Positions 10,836 through 19,502 of a stretch of DNA of 64,000 bases are shown piece by piece (position 1 is the stretch's first letter; each line of letters starts with the position of its first letter). The notes under the pieces are model-generated. The model searched no databases. It was not told the DNA's origin and saw nothing but the letters and a program-made list of their open reading frames with translations. Where the stretch lies: positions 416,001 through 480,000 of the forward strand of contig CBDCNQ010000003.1 of NCBI GenBank assembly GCA_965219445.1. The letters are read 5' to 3'. Origin of the DNA: Longimicrobiales bacterium. GTDB lineage: Bacteria > Gemmatimonadota > Gemmatimonadetes > Longimicrobiales > Gaopeijiaceae. The position numbers and the translations under genes are program-made.

Positions 10836-11468
10836 CTAACGTGTAACGCCTAACCCCTCTACCAAGACGGAAGGAAGGACGTGGTTGACCCGTACACCCC
10901 AAATCCCGTCGGTGCGCCCAGCCATGCCGGTCTTCGTGGCCGAATGCACCACGACGCCGTTCACCACGAAGTCGGTAGCATCCGCGCCGACGCGTACCGC
11001 GAGACGGTTGACGGAGCGCCCGTTGGCGTCCATCGCTTCGACTGCCGAGTGGGGCGTACGTCCCTGGATGTCGTGCGTGGTTTCATTCCCGGCACGGTGC
11101 TTGACCAGATAGCTGCCGTCCTGAGCGACCAGGAAGTACAGATAGCTTTGCCCGGAACCCTCCAGTTGGCTGCCACCGTAGACGAGGCCGTAGTAATTCA
11201 CATGGCTGCTCGGCTCGAGGAGCGTGAACGTCCCCGAGAGGGTGTACTCGCCCGTCGCCGTGTTCCGGGAATCCCATGCCGTGACCGCGGGTCCCGTACG
11301 TACTTGGAAACCATCTGCCGACGTGGTCACGGTCACATCTGGGACGTCGTCCGGATCAGCCGCATTCGTGCTGTGGTCGAGACGCAACTTGAGCCCGGTG
11401 GGGGCCTGCGCCGCCAGCGGCACGGCGATCAGCAGGGTCAGGGCGGCTAGAGAGATTCGATGAATCAT
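10836..11468 (-). CDS. secreted beta-sandwich (concanavalin-like) hypothetical protein
   Basis: GGAG SD, signal peptide ...VPLAA-Q, beta-rich sequence. Confidence 0.65.
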   Translation of the reverse strand: MIHRISLAALTLLIAVPLAAQAPTGLKLRLDHSTNAADPDDVPDVTVTTSADGFQVRTGPAVTAWDSRNTATGEYTLSGTFTLLEPSSHVNYYGLVYGGSQLEGSGQSYLYFLVAQDGSYLVKHRAGNETTHDIQGRTPHSAVEAMDANGRSVNRLAVRVGADATDFVVNGVVVHSATKTGMAGRTDGIWGVRVNHVLPSVLVEGLGVTR

Positions 11469-11702
11469 GACTCACTCCTAGGATTGAATAGCGGACAGAC
11501 AGTATAAACTGGGCGACGCCTCCGGAGAAGATGGCGGACGGCTACCAACAGCATCGGGATCGAGGTCCGTCGCACGACCCCCTGGGTCCACCCCCATGAC
11601 GCATAACGCGGTGCACGCCGCAGACCTGGGCCCCAGGTGGCCCCGAGGACCCTCTCCACCTAAAGGCTCCCAAGCCGCCGCACAATCGTAGCCGTGACCC
11701 GA

Positions 11703-11730
11703 TGTGACCGTTGCGGCGCGTCCCTCGTCT
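11703..11730 (+). promoter_or_regulatory. ECF sigma promoter motif upstream of lipoprotein
   Basis: TGTGACC-N15-TCGTCT; boxes and spacing identical to 13021-13048. Confidence 0.7.
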
Positions 11731-11779
11731 AGTACCCAGCCTCGAGATGGAAACACATCGCGTTCACTAGGAGAGAACC

Positions 11780-12871
11780 ATGTACAGAGCGCCAGCTACC
11801 AACAACGGAGCCACCGGATTCCTGATGTTGATCTTCCTCGTGTGGGGAGCCCTCTACATCACCGGGTGCACCGATTCACCCAGCGGTCTGGACTTCGACG
11901 TGATACCGACCGTTGAGGACGTGGAGATCGAGATGGCCACGGATCCCGATATGACTGCGGCTCTCGTCGAGGACGTATCCAGCTCCATGAGTGCCAACAT
12001 GACGGCTGAGGCCGCCGTCGAGATCTCGACGGCCGATAGTCTCTTCAACCAGGCCCGCGTCGAGCTTGACCGGGGCGACCATGAGCGGGTTCGCTCGCTG
12101 GGCGACCGGGCGCGGGATGCGCTGGGCCGGGCTCTTGCGAAGGGACGGGACCGTTCCAGCCTGGACGATTTCATCGACCGTGTGCGACACATGCGCCGAC
12201 TGCTCGCTGCCGGCGATACCATCGACTTCGATCGACCCAGTGATTTGTTGAGAGACATCGATCGGTTCTTGGACGAGGCGACGGCAGCACGCGATCGCGG
12301 TGACGACGTGACCGCCGGTAAGCGGATCATCGACGCGCACCGGCGGGCGGACCGGAGCCGGGTCAGGCGTCATCGCGCCGATCCCGAGAAGGGAGCCCGG
12401 TTGGTCGTGGCCATGGCCGAGAAGGCCGTCGAGCTCGCGAGCCGCCTCCTGAACGGGACGGTGATCAGCGAACGCCAGCAGCACCTGCTGGACACGGCTG
12501 CGCGGCTGGCCGCGGCGTCTGCCGAAGCCTACCAGAACGGTCACTACAGGCGGGCCATCATTTTCGGCCACAAGGCTGTGAGCATGTCGCTCACGGCGGT
12601 GATCAGGCCGGATCGAGTGACGGATGACAGAATCCGAGCCCTCACCGATGTGGCCAACTCCGAGTTCCAGGTCCTCATCGATCTGGCCGAAGCCGAGCTC
12701 GCGGCCGCCAGGGCCAAGCTCGACGAGGAGCCCAACGAGTACTTTGAGAAGCTGCTGAAGCGCGCCGTTGCAGCCTTCGAAACCGGTGTTGAGCTCGTTG
12801 AGAACGGCCACCCCAGAGGCATCCAATTGATCTGGAGAGCCGCGGTCGTCGGAGCGGTAATCGCGGGCTGA
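11780..12871 (+). CDS. all-helical lipoprotein, unknown function
   Basis: AGGAG SD; hydrophobic stretch plus ITGC lipobox; Ala/Arg-rich helical repeats. Confidence 0.75.
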   Translation: MYRAPATNNGATGFLMLIFLVWGALYITGCTDSPSGLDFDVIPTVEDVEIEMATDPDMTAALVEDVSSSMSANMTAEAAVEISTADSLFNQARVELDRGDHERVRSLGDRARDALGRALAKGRDRSSLDDFIDRVRHMRRLLAAGDTIDFDRPSDLLRDIDRFLDEATAARDRGDDVTAGKRIIDAHRRADRSRVRRHRADPEKGARLVVAMAEKAVELASRLLNGTVISERQQHLLDTAARLAAASAEAYQNGHYRRAIIFGHKAVSMSLTAVIRPDRVTDDRIRALTDVANSEFQVLIDLAEAELAAARAKLDEEPNEYFEKLLKRAVAAFETGVELVENGHPRGIQLIWRAAVVGAVIAG

Positions 12872-12925
12872 ACCGCATATCGCGGAGATCGGCACAGTGT
12901 CGTCGACGTTGACGCCACAGGCAGT

Positions 12926-12954
12926 GCCGGGGGGGCGCGAAAGGCCCCCCCGGC
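12926..12954. terminator. GC-rich hairpin after lipoprotein gene (possible terminator/attenuator, no U-tract)
   Basis: GCCGGGGGGGC-GCGAAAG-GCCCCCCCGGC. Confidence 0.45.
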
Positions 12955-13020
12955 GCTCGCTGTATTCCTGCCTTTCCCACTGGCGCTCGGGTACGCACCG
13001 TTCGTCGTCCCAAATTCGAT

Positions 13021-13048
13021 TGTGACCCTTTGTATGTTTTCCTCGTCT
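13021..13048 (+). promoter_or_regulatory. putative autoregulatory ECF promoter
   Basis: TGTGACC-N15-TCGTCT 30 nt upstream of the ECF sigma ATG. Confidence 0.72.
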
Positions 13049-13078
13049 TACGTGTAGGGTCCCGGTAACTTTCCCTTA

Positions 13079-13627
13079 ATGTCAGCAGATGAACTCAGTG
13101 ACGGCGAGGTGGTCCGGGAGATCCTGGGTGGGCAGAGCGAGATGTATCGCGTGCTGGTCCGCCGGTATCAGGATGTCCTTTATAAGCACGCCTACCGGAT
13201 GGTGGGTCGGCCGGATGACGCAGCCGACATCGTGCAAAGGACCCTGGTGAGCGGCTTTCAGAAGCTGAACCGCTGCCGTGACCCCGAACGGGTCGGTGGC
13301 TGGCTCTTTCGGATCGCCGCGAACCTCTGCAAGGACTTCTTGAAGAGTCCGCGGAGGGCCGATCTCTCGTTAGAGGGAGCGTCGGCAACGGTCATCGACC
13401 GGTCGAGGCCGGACGCGGACCTGGAGCGAGAGGAGTTGAAGGAGCGGGTTCAGCAGGCTCTGGAGCGGCTGAGCCCCGAACAGCGAGAGGCCTTCGTGCT
13501 GAAGCACCTCGAAGGCCGATCGTACGGCGAGATGGCGACCCTGCTGGGCGCCTCCAAGTCGGCTCTGAAAATGAGGGTGCTGCGCGCTCGAGACGAGTTG
13601 CAGACATTGTTGAAGGTGTATCAATGA
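13079..13627 (+). CDS. ECF sigma-70 factor
   Basis: Region 2 DAADIVQ...WLFRIAANLCKD; region 4 LSPEQREAFVL...SYGEMA...KMRVLRAR. Confidence 0.95.
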   Translation: MSADELSDGEVVREILGGQSEMYRVLVRRYQDVLYKHAYRMVGRPDDAADIVQRTLVSGFQKLNRCRDPERVGGWLFRIAANLCKDFLKSPRRADLSLEGASATVIDRSRPDADLEREELKERVQQALERLSPEQREAFVLKHLEGRSYGEMATLLGASKSALKMRVLRARDELQTLLKVYQ

Positions 13628-14238
13628 ACGACGAACTGAATGCCTATTTGGATGGGGACCGGGAGCTCGATGAGTTGACCCCCGAAGCCCGAGCCGAAGC
13701 TGAAGCCTGGCGAAGGCTCACGGGAGAGATGAAGGTCGACGAGCCGAGCCAGGCCCCGCCGTGGATGGAGAACGCGGTCATGAGCGAGATCGCGTTGGCG
13801 AGCGCACCCAGGGAGAGCATTTTCGACTGGCTGCTGCGATCCCACACGGTCCGTCTCTCTCCGTTGACGAGCCTGGCTATGGCCGCTGCGGCCGTAGCCG
13901 TGGTCGTGCTTCTACCGAACGGAACACCGAGTGAGCCGTCAATCGGGCCCGTCGCCGTCGCCGAGATCCTCGTGGAGTTCTCCCTCGAAGCCCCTGGAGC
14001 CACGACGGTTGCTGTGGCCGGGGACTTCAGTGGATGGGAGAGCGACTTCGTCCTCGAAGACGCGGATGGCGATGGGACCTGGACCGGGCGAGTCCCGATC
14101 ACGCCCGGCCTCCACAAGTACATGTTCGTCATCGACGGCACGGACTGGGTCACGGATCCCGGTGCCGAGCGCTACGCCGACGACGGCTTCGGCAACCGCA
14201 ACGCGGTTCTGGCCGTAGCTCCCCCGGCAACGCTGTGA
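13624..14238 (+). CDS. membrane anti-sigma factor with C-terminal AMPK-type CBM48 (glycogen-binding) domain
   Basis: ATGA overlap with sigma; LNAYLDG N-terminus, one TM helix, then VAVAGDFSGW...W...PGLHKYMFVIDG..WVTDP...DDGFGNRN. Confidence 0.85.
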   Translation: MNDELNAYLDGDRELDELTPEARAEAEAWRRLTGEMKVDEPSQAPPWMENAVMSEIALASAPRESIFDWLLRSHTVRLSPLTSLAMAAAAVAVVVLLPNGTPSEPSIGPVAVAEILVEFSLEAPGATTVAVAGDFSGWESDFVLEDADGDGTWTGRVPITPGLHKYMFVIDGTDWVTDPGAERYADDGFGNRNAVLAVAPPATL

Positions 14239-14240
14239 GC

Positions 14241-15404
14241 ATGAGTACGCCACGCGGCACCGACCGGGCCCGGCTCGCCCGATTCGTCGGAGGGATCTCC
14301 CTGGCGCTCGTGTTGGCCCCGGGGGCCGTCTCCGGCCAGTGGGGGGACCTCCGCATCGAGGTCGGTGGTTCCCGGGCGTTTGCTCCGGCGGGCAGTGACC
14401 TCGCCGCCGCCACCTACCTCACCGCTAGTCTGCAGGTGGATCGCTGGACGCGCTCGGGAAGTGGCGTCTTCGCGGGCATCTTCGGAGGGATGGACACGGG
14501 GTCCGTAGGCGGGGATTGGGGGAGCTTCGTCCTCGGTGGCGAGGCGGTGGCCGGTGCTGGCGGACCCGTGGAATTCAGCCTCTCGGCGTCCACGTCCGGC
14601 TTCGCGGTCGGCGGCCGGTTCTTATACGAAGCCCTCACCGTGGTGACGCGGCCCGAAGTGAGCATCCCGGCCGGACCGGTCGCCATCGTTCTGTACGGTG
14701 AGGGAGGCAAGGGATCGTCCAACATCGAGTTTCGGAGAGATACTCTTGTAAGAGCTTTCTCACAGGATCTCTGGCACTACGGTTGGGGGCCCGAGCTGCA
14801 GTTACGCCTCGGAAGGACACTGACATCGGCGTCCTTTGGACTGCTCGAGACGGAAGCGGGGAGGTATCGGCGGGGTGAGCTCGAGGTCCGCGCGGGAACC
14901 GACCGTTCCCTCGTAGCCGCCACCCTCAGCGTGTGGGATACGCCGTTGGGGAGGGAGACCACGGGAACGATTTCAGTGACCGTGCCGCTGGGTGGACCGA
15001 ACTGGTTCGCCCGGTTGGTGGGCGGACGCACCGACCCGGATCCTCTGGTCCGAAGCGAGCCGGGTGGACAGGGAGGCCTGGTCATCGGCCGTCGCCTCGT
15101 CCGGTTCGGTCCCAGCGCAGCGACGCCGGTCGTAGAATTACAGCCGACATCGGGAGGAGCGGCAGCCCGATTCCGACTAGAAGACCAAGCCGCACAACAC
15201 ATAGAGGTCCTGGGTGACTTCTCGGGCTGGGAGCCGCAGGCGATGGTCCAAGACGGTCGGGCCTGGATCCTGGAGCTTGCATTGGAGGCCGGCACGTACC
15301 ACTTCGGCTTTCTTGCCGACGGTGAGTGGTTCGTGCCCGAGGATGCCCCCGGTCGGGTGAGCGACGACTGGGGACAGATGAACGCTACGATCGTTGTCCC
15401 ATGA
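14241..15404 (+). CDS. exported beta-barrel-like protein with C-terminal CBM48 domain
   Basis: Signal peptide, many amphipathic Gly/aromatic strands, C-terminal VLGDFSGW...GTYHFGFLADGEWFVP...DDWGQMN. Confidence 0.75.
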   Translation: MSTPRGTDRARLARFVGGISLALVLAPGAVSGQWGDLRIEVGGSRAFAPAGSDLAAATYLTASLQVDRWTRSGSGVFAGIFGGMDTGSVGGDWGSFVLGGEAVAGAGGPVEFSLSASTSGFAVGGRFLYEALTVVTRPEVSIPAGPVAIVLYGEGGKGSSNIEFRRDTLVRAFSQDLWHYGWGPELQLRLGRTLTSASFGLLETEAGRYRRGELEVRAGTDRSLVAATLSVWDTPLGRETTGTISVTVPLGGPNWFARLVGGRTDPDPLVRSEPGGQGGLVIGRRLVRFGPSAATPVVELQPTSGGAAARFRLEDQAAQHIEVLGDFSGWEPQAMVQDGRAWILELALEAGTYHFGFLADGEWFVPEDAPGRVSDDWGQMNATIVVP

Positions 15405-15418
15405 AGGGGGGACTTAAA

Positions 15419-16147
15419 ATGACTTACGACGTGAAGGTAATCAGAAGCCTTATCCTGGCGGCGGTTCTGACCGCGGGCTCGACGAACTTGCTCCTCGGAC
15501 AGGATCGCGTGGCCCGCCTTCAGGAGGCCTACACCCCCGAGGCGGCAGCACAGATCGAGGCTGTCGTCGAAGCGGCCAGGCGCGACGGAGTCCCGGTGGG
15601 TCCCCTGTACGACAAGGCCCTCGAGGGGGCTGCGAAGCGGGTACCCGCAGCGCGGGTCATGCCTGCTCTCCGAGAGTACTCGGGTCGTATGCAGCGGGCT
15701 CAGGGCCTCCTGGGCGGCAGACCCGAAGTGCCGTGGGTCGTGGCCGGGGCCGACGCTCTCCGGCGTGGGGTCGCCGACGACGCCCTGACGTCGATCGGAC
15801 GGGAAGCGGGCACCCGAACCCCCCTCGCGCTTGTGGTCATGGGTGATCTGGTGGAAGCTGGCGTCTCCGCAGGACGGGCCATGGAGGTGATGCGGGAAGC
15901 GTTGGTGAGGACGACTGGTGAGGAGGGCCTGCTCGACGTACCCACGGCACTGCGCCGACTGGTGCGTCAGGGCGATCTGGCCCCCGACGCCGCAGGACGG
16001 GTGCTCCGGGCCATGAGGGATGGTGAGTCACTTCGCGCCGTGCGTCGCGACGGAAGACCCGGGGGTCGGGAGAGGCGGCCCAACGCGCGGCCCGTTCCCC
16101 AGGGATCCGACCCGATTCGGGACGGGACGCACAGGACGCCGGGTTGA
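15419..16147 (+). CDS. secreted alpha-helical hypothetical protein
   Basis: AAGGGGG SD; signal peptide; LYDKALEGAAKRVP and AGADALRRGV helical repeats; disordered Arg/Gly tail. Confidence 0.7.
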   Translation: MTYDVKVIRSLILAAVLTAGSTNLLLGQDRVARLQEAYTPEAAAQIEAVVEAARRDGVPVGPLYDKALEGAAKRVPAARVMPALREYSGRMQRAQGLLGGRPEVPWVVAGADALRRGVADDALTSIGREAGTRTPLALVVMGDLVEAGVSAGRAMEVMREALVRTTGEEGLLDVPTALRRLVRQGDLAPDAAGRVLRAMRDGESLRAVRRDGRPGGRERRPNARPVPQGSDPIRDGTHRTPG

Positions 16148-16190
16148 GGCCGGACGGGGAGCGAGCTTGATGACTTCGTAGCCGAATCGC

Positions 16191-17391
16191 ATGTTGGGGT
16201 CCATGTCCTCCACCCAAAAGTCGCCAATCAGTCGGAGCCGTTACGACGTCGTCATAGCCGGAGCACGCTGCGCGGGCGCGTCCACCGCGATGCTCCTGGC
16301 CCGCCAGGGATTGCGAGTGCTTGTCGTCGACCCCACCAGCCGCGGCAGTGACACGTTGTCGACCCACGCGCTCATGCGGGGGGGCGTGCTCCAACTGCAC
16401 CGCTGGGGTGTGCTGGACGCTCTCCGAGCCGCCGAGACCCCCACAATCCGGACGACCACGTTCCATTACGGGGATGAGGTCATCGAAGTCTCGATCAAGG
16501 AGCGAGACGGTGTAGACGGGTTGTATGCTCCGCGTCGGACCGTCCTGGACGCGATACTCGTGGACGCCGCTCTTGCTGCCGGCGCCGAGGTGGTGCACGG
16601 CCACTCCGTCGTCAATGTCCTTCGCACTCCCGACGGTCGCGTGTGCGGTGCAAACATCGCCAGAGCTGACCAACAAGTGATCGATGTGGCTGCCGATCTC
16701 GTCATCGGGGCCGATGGTGTCCGATCCCGCGTCGCGCGAATCTTGCAGGCCGAGCCCGACTACACCGTCGCTCACACCACAGCTTCGATCTACGGCTACC
16801 AGAAAGCTCTGGGGTTGGAGGGATTCCACTGGTTCTACAACGTAGGCGGAGCCGTGGGATCCATCCCGACCAACTATGGCGATACGTGCGTCTTCGCTTC
16901 ACTTCCGCCGACTCGCTTCGAAAAGGACCGAACGAATGGGCTCCACGCCCTCTACCACGCGGTGCTGAGAAGTCTCACCCGACCTGGCGCACAGCGTCAG
17001 CGAAAGCGAGCTCTCTGGGAAGCTCAGAGCTTTCGCAGGCACGACCGGCTTCCTCCGACGCGCGTGCGGGCCGGGCTGGGCTCTGGTCGGTGACGCCGGC
17101 TACTTCCGCGATCCCATTACCGCGCACGGGATCACCGATGCGTTGCGCGACGCCGAGCTTCTCGCCCGGGCCGCGGCGGATGGCAGTGAGGGTGCGTTGG
17201 CGGGGTATCAAGAAACACGGGACGGCCTGGTGAAGGGTCTACTCGACGTCACGGACCGCATCGCCTCGTTCGAGTGGGATCTGGATGAGGCCAAGGAGGA
17301 CCATTTGGTCCTCAGTCGAGAGATGAACGCTGAGGTCGACCTGCTGCGAACTCTGGACCAGGAGTTCGTAGCGCCGCCCGCTGCGGCCTAG
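16191..17391 (+). pseudogene. FAD-dependent oxidoreductase (geranylgeranyl reductase/halogenase-like fold), frameshifted near 16968
   Basis: YDVVIAGARCAG and IGADG in the first frame; GWALVGDAGYFRDPITAHGITDALRDAE in another frame starting at 16969; consistent with loss of 2 nt in CTGAGA(GA)AGTC. Confidence 0.8.
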
Positions 17392-17448
17392 CTGTACTTC
17401 TTCAACAGCGCTCTAATTCCAACAGCTTTCCAATTCAACAGCGTTCTA
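17392..17448. repeat. solo MITE end plus two degenerate tandem copies between convergent stop codons
   Basis: CTGTACTTCTTCAACAGCGCTCTA, ATTCCAACAGCTTTCCA and ATTCAACAGCGTTCTA, bounded by CTAG on both sides. Confidence 0.7.
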
Positions 17449-18756
17449 GCCGACGGCGGAAGCTGTGCCCTCCGGCATGGGGAGCGGAGATTCCCCATCG
17501 AGGTAGGCCGCCAGGTGGGTGCTCAGGTCACGAGCATCGTCGCCGGCGCCGTTGATGAGACTCGATTTACGACGGCGGAGGAAGGGAATCCCCATCAAAT
17601 ACATCCCGGCGGCCTCGACCACGCCACCGTCGTGCCGGATGCGGCCCTTGCGGTCAAAGATCGGCATGTCGATCCACGAGTGGTCGGGGCGGAAGCCGGT
17701 AGCCCAGACGATCGTCCGGATTTCACCGCTGTTGAGGTCCAAAGTGAGCGGCGGCGACGCCTCGACCCTGGTGGGCTCGAGGCGGTGCGGCGGAGCAACC
17801 TCGTCATCGAGTCCGTTTTCGGTGGCCCACTCGTCGATCCTGTCGAGTAGCCTGTTCATCTTGAGGTCGGCCATCTCGCACAGGTTCCGCAGAGAGCCCG
17901 AGAACTGCGCCTTGCCCTCGTTGATGCCGGCAATACGACCCAAGAGCTTCACGCCGACCTCGGTCAAGGAGTTGAGATCGAGGGTGCGACGGTCGTCGGA
18001 GCCCGTAAGCTGAAGCGACGGCACACCCCGGACCCGATCGATGTTGTCGACCTCGGTATAGAACTCGTCGAGCACGCCGGCGCGGTCCATCCACGACTTG
18101 ATGTCCTTGCCCCGATAGACGCGAGGTGCACGGATGTGCTCGCCCAAGGCGAGGGTCACGGGCCGACCCGAGCGATGGATCTCATCGGCGATCTGGGTGC
18201 CGCTGGCCGAGGCGCCGACGACGAGCACGCCACCCTGCTCGAGCTGCTCCGGGTTGCGATACTCCTTCGGTGTGAGCGTCGCGATCGAGGACGGCACCGC
18301 CTCGGCTACTGCCGGAATGCGCGGAATCGCGAACGCTCCGCTAGCGATAACGACCGTCCGGCATCGCCAATCACCCTGGTCGGTGGCGACGGCGTAGCCG
18401 TCGTCGGTGCCACGCACGGAGGTCACGGTGGTCCCGCTCTGGACCGGAGCCGAAATCACATCGGCGTACCGCTCGATGAACTCGATCGTCTCGGGCATCC
18501 TACGGAAACCGTCGGGGTCGTCGCCTCTGTAGCCATAGCCCGGCAACCGGCTCTGCCAGTTGGGCGTAAGTAGCCGCAGCGAATCCCACCGCTCGGTCTT
18601 CCACGTGTTGGCCACCTCGCCTCGCTCGAGAACCACATGGTCGATCGATCGATCGGCGAGGCACCGGCTCATGGCCAAACCGGCGTGGCCGGCTCCGATG
18701 ACGACCGTAGTTGTGCCGGCGGGACCCGGTCGTCGAATCCCGCTTTCCTGGGTCAG
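17446..18756 (-). CDS. flavin-containing monooxygenase-like NAD(P)/FAD oxidoreductase
   Basis: TTVVIGAGHAGLA lies upstream of the listed start; RWDSLRLLTPNW, VLVVGASASGTQIA, VWATGF; probable CTG start overlapping osmC stop. Confidence 0.85.
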   Translation of the reverse strand: MTQESGIRRPGPAGTTTVVIGAGHAGLAMSRCLADRSIDHVVLERGEVANTWKTERWDSLRLLTPNWQSRLPGYGYRGDDPDGFRRMPETIEFIERYADVISAPVQSGTTVTSVRGTDDGYAVATDQGDWRCRTVVIASGAFAIPRIPAVAEAVPSSIATLTPKEYRNPEQLEQGGVLVVGASASGTQIADEIHRSGRPVTLALGEHIRAPRVYRGKDIKSWMDRAGVLDEFYTEVDNIDRVRGVPSLQLTGSDDRRTLDLNSLTEVGVKLLGRIAGINEGKAQFSGSLRNLCEMADLKMNRLLDRIDEWATENGLDDEVAPPHRLEPTRVEASPPLTLDLNSGEIRTIVWATGFRPDHSWIDMPIFDRKGRIRHDGGVVEAAGMYLMGIPFLRRRKSSLINGAGDDARDLSTHLAAYLDGESPLPMPEGTASAVG

Positions 18757-19331
18757 TTGACTTCGACCGTGACGTTCGTGGGATTCGTGATGGCGTCGAA
18801 GACAGCCGACCGCTTTTGCGACTGGGCGACAACCGCCTTGATCTCGTCCGGTGTCGCGTCGGCATCGATGTCGTACGTCACCTTGATGCCATCGAAGCCG
18901 TTCCGTATGTCGCTGTCGATGCCGAGGATCCCCTGGATGTCCATCCCACCCTCGATGGTCGCGGAGACGGAGTTCAGCTGGATGTCACGAAGCTGGGCGA
19001 CGGAGGCGATGCCGGCGGTGAGGCAGCTGGCCAGACTCGCCAATACGATCTCGACCGGCGTCGCACCATGGTCCTCCGACGCGAAGACCTCGGGATGGTC
19101 GGCGTCGAACGTGAATTGGCTCCTGTGCCTCTGCTCCTCGCCGAGTCCGTAGAATCCCTCCACGGTGGAGCGACTGTGCGTGCCCTGCACCCACTCACAC
19201 TTCGCCCGCCACTTGAATTGGGCTGCCTCAGGGGCCTCGGATAGCGCTTCCCGCGCATCGAGCAGTGCGTCGACGTTCACGCCGTTGTCTACGGGGGTGT
19301 CGGTTGGACTCATTTCTGGAGTGCTCATCAC
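18753..19331 (-). CDS. OsmC family protein
   Basis: NGVNV, ADHPEVF...GATPVEIVLASLASCL, GILG, SQKRSAVFD; AAGGAG SD. Confidence 0.88.
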   Translation of the reverse strand: MMSTPEMSPTDTPVDNGVNVDALLDAREALSEAPEAAQFKWRAKCEWVQGTHSRSTVEGFYGLGEEQRHRSQFTFDADHPEVFASEDHGATPVEIVLASLASCLTAGIASVAQLRDIQLNSVSATIEGGMDIQGILGIDSDIRNGFDGIKVTYDIDADATPDEIKAVVAQSQKRSAVFDAITNPTNVTVEVN

Positions 19332-19502
19332 TGACTCCTTGCTTCGTTGTATACGGGAGTGGATAATCGATCCACTCCGAGCCTAGCTTGGCGGGACCCA
19401 CACATTACGACATCGAAAGGTCCGCTGGCAAATGCCCCCAGTGAAGACGTCGTTGCTGGTCCGGCTGGCCCGTTGAGGCCGGGGGCGGGAGAGTCCGATG
19501 TG

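Noticed and set aside
17392..17448. Mini CRISPR array
   Set aside because: Repeats are about 16 nt, degenerate and have no spacers; no cas genes
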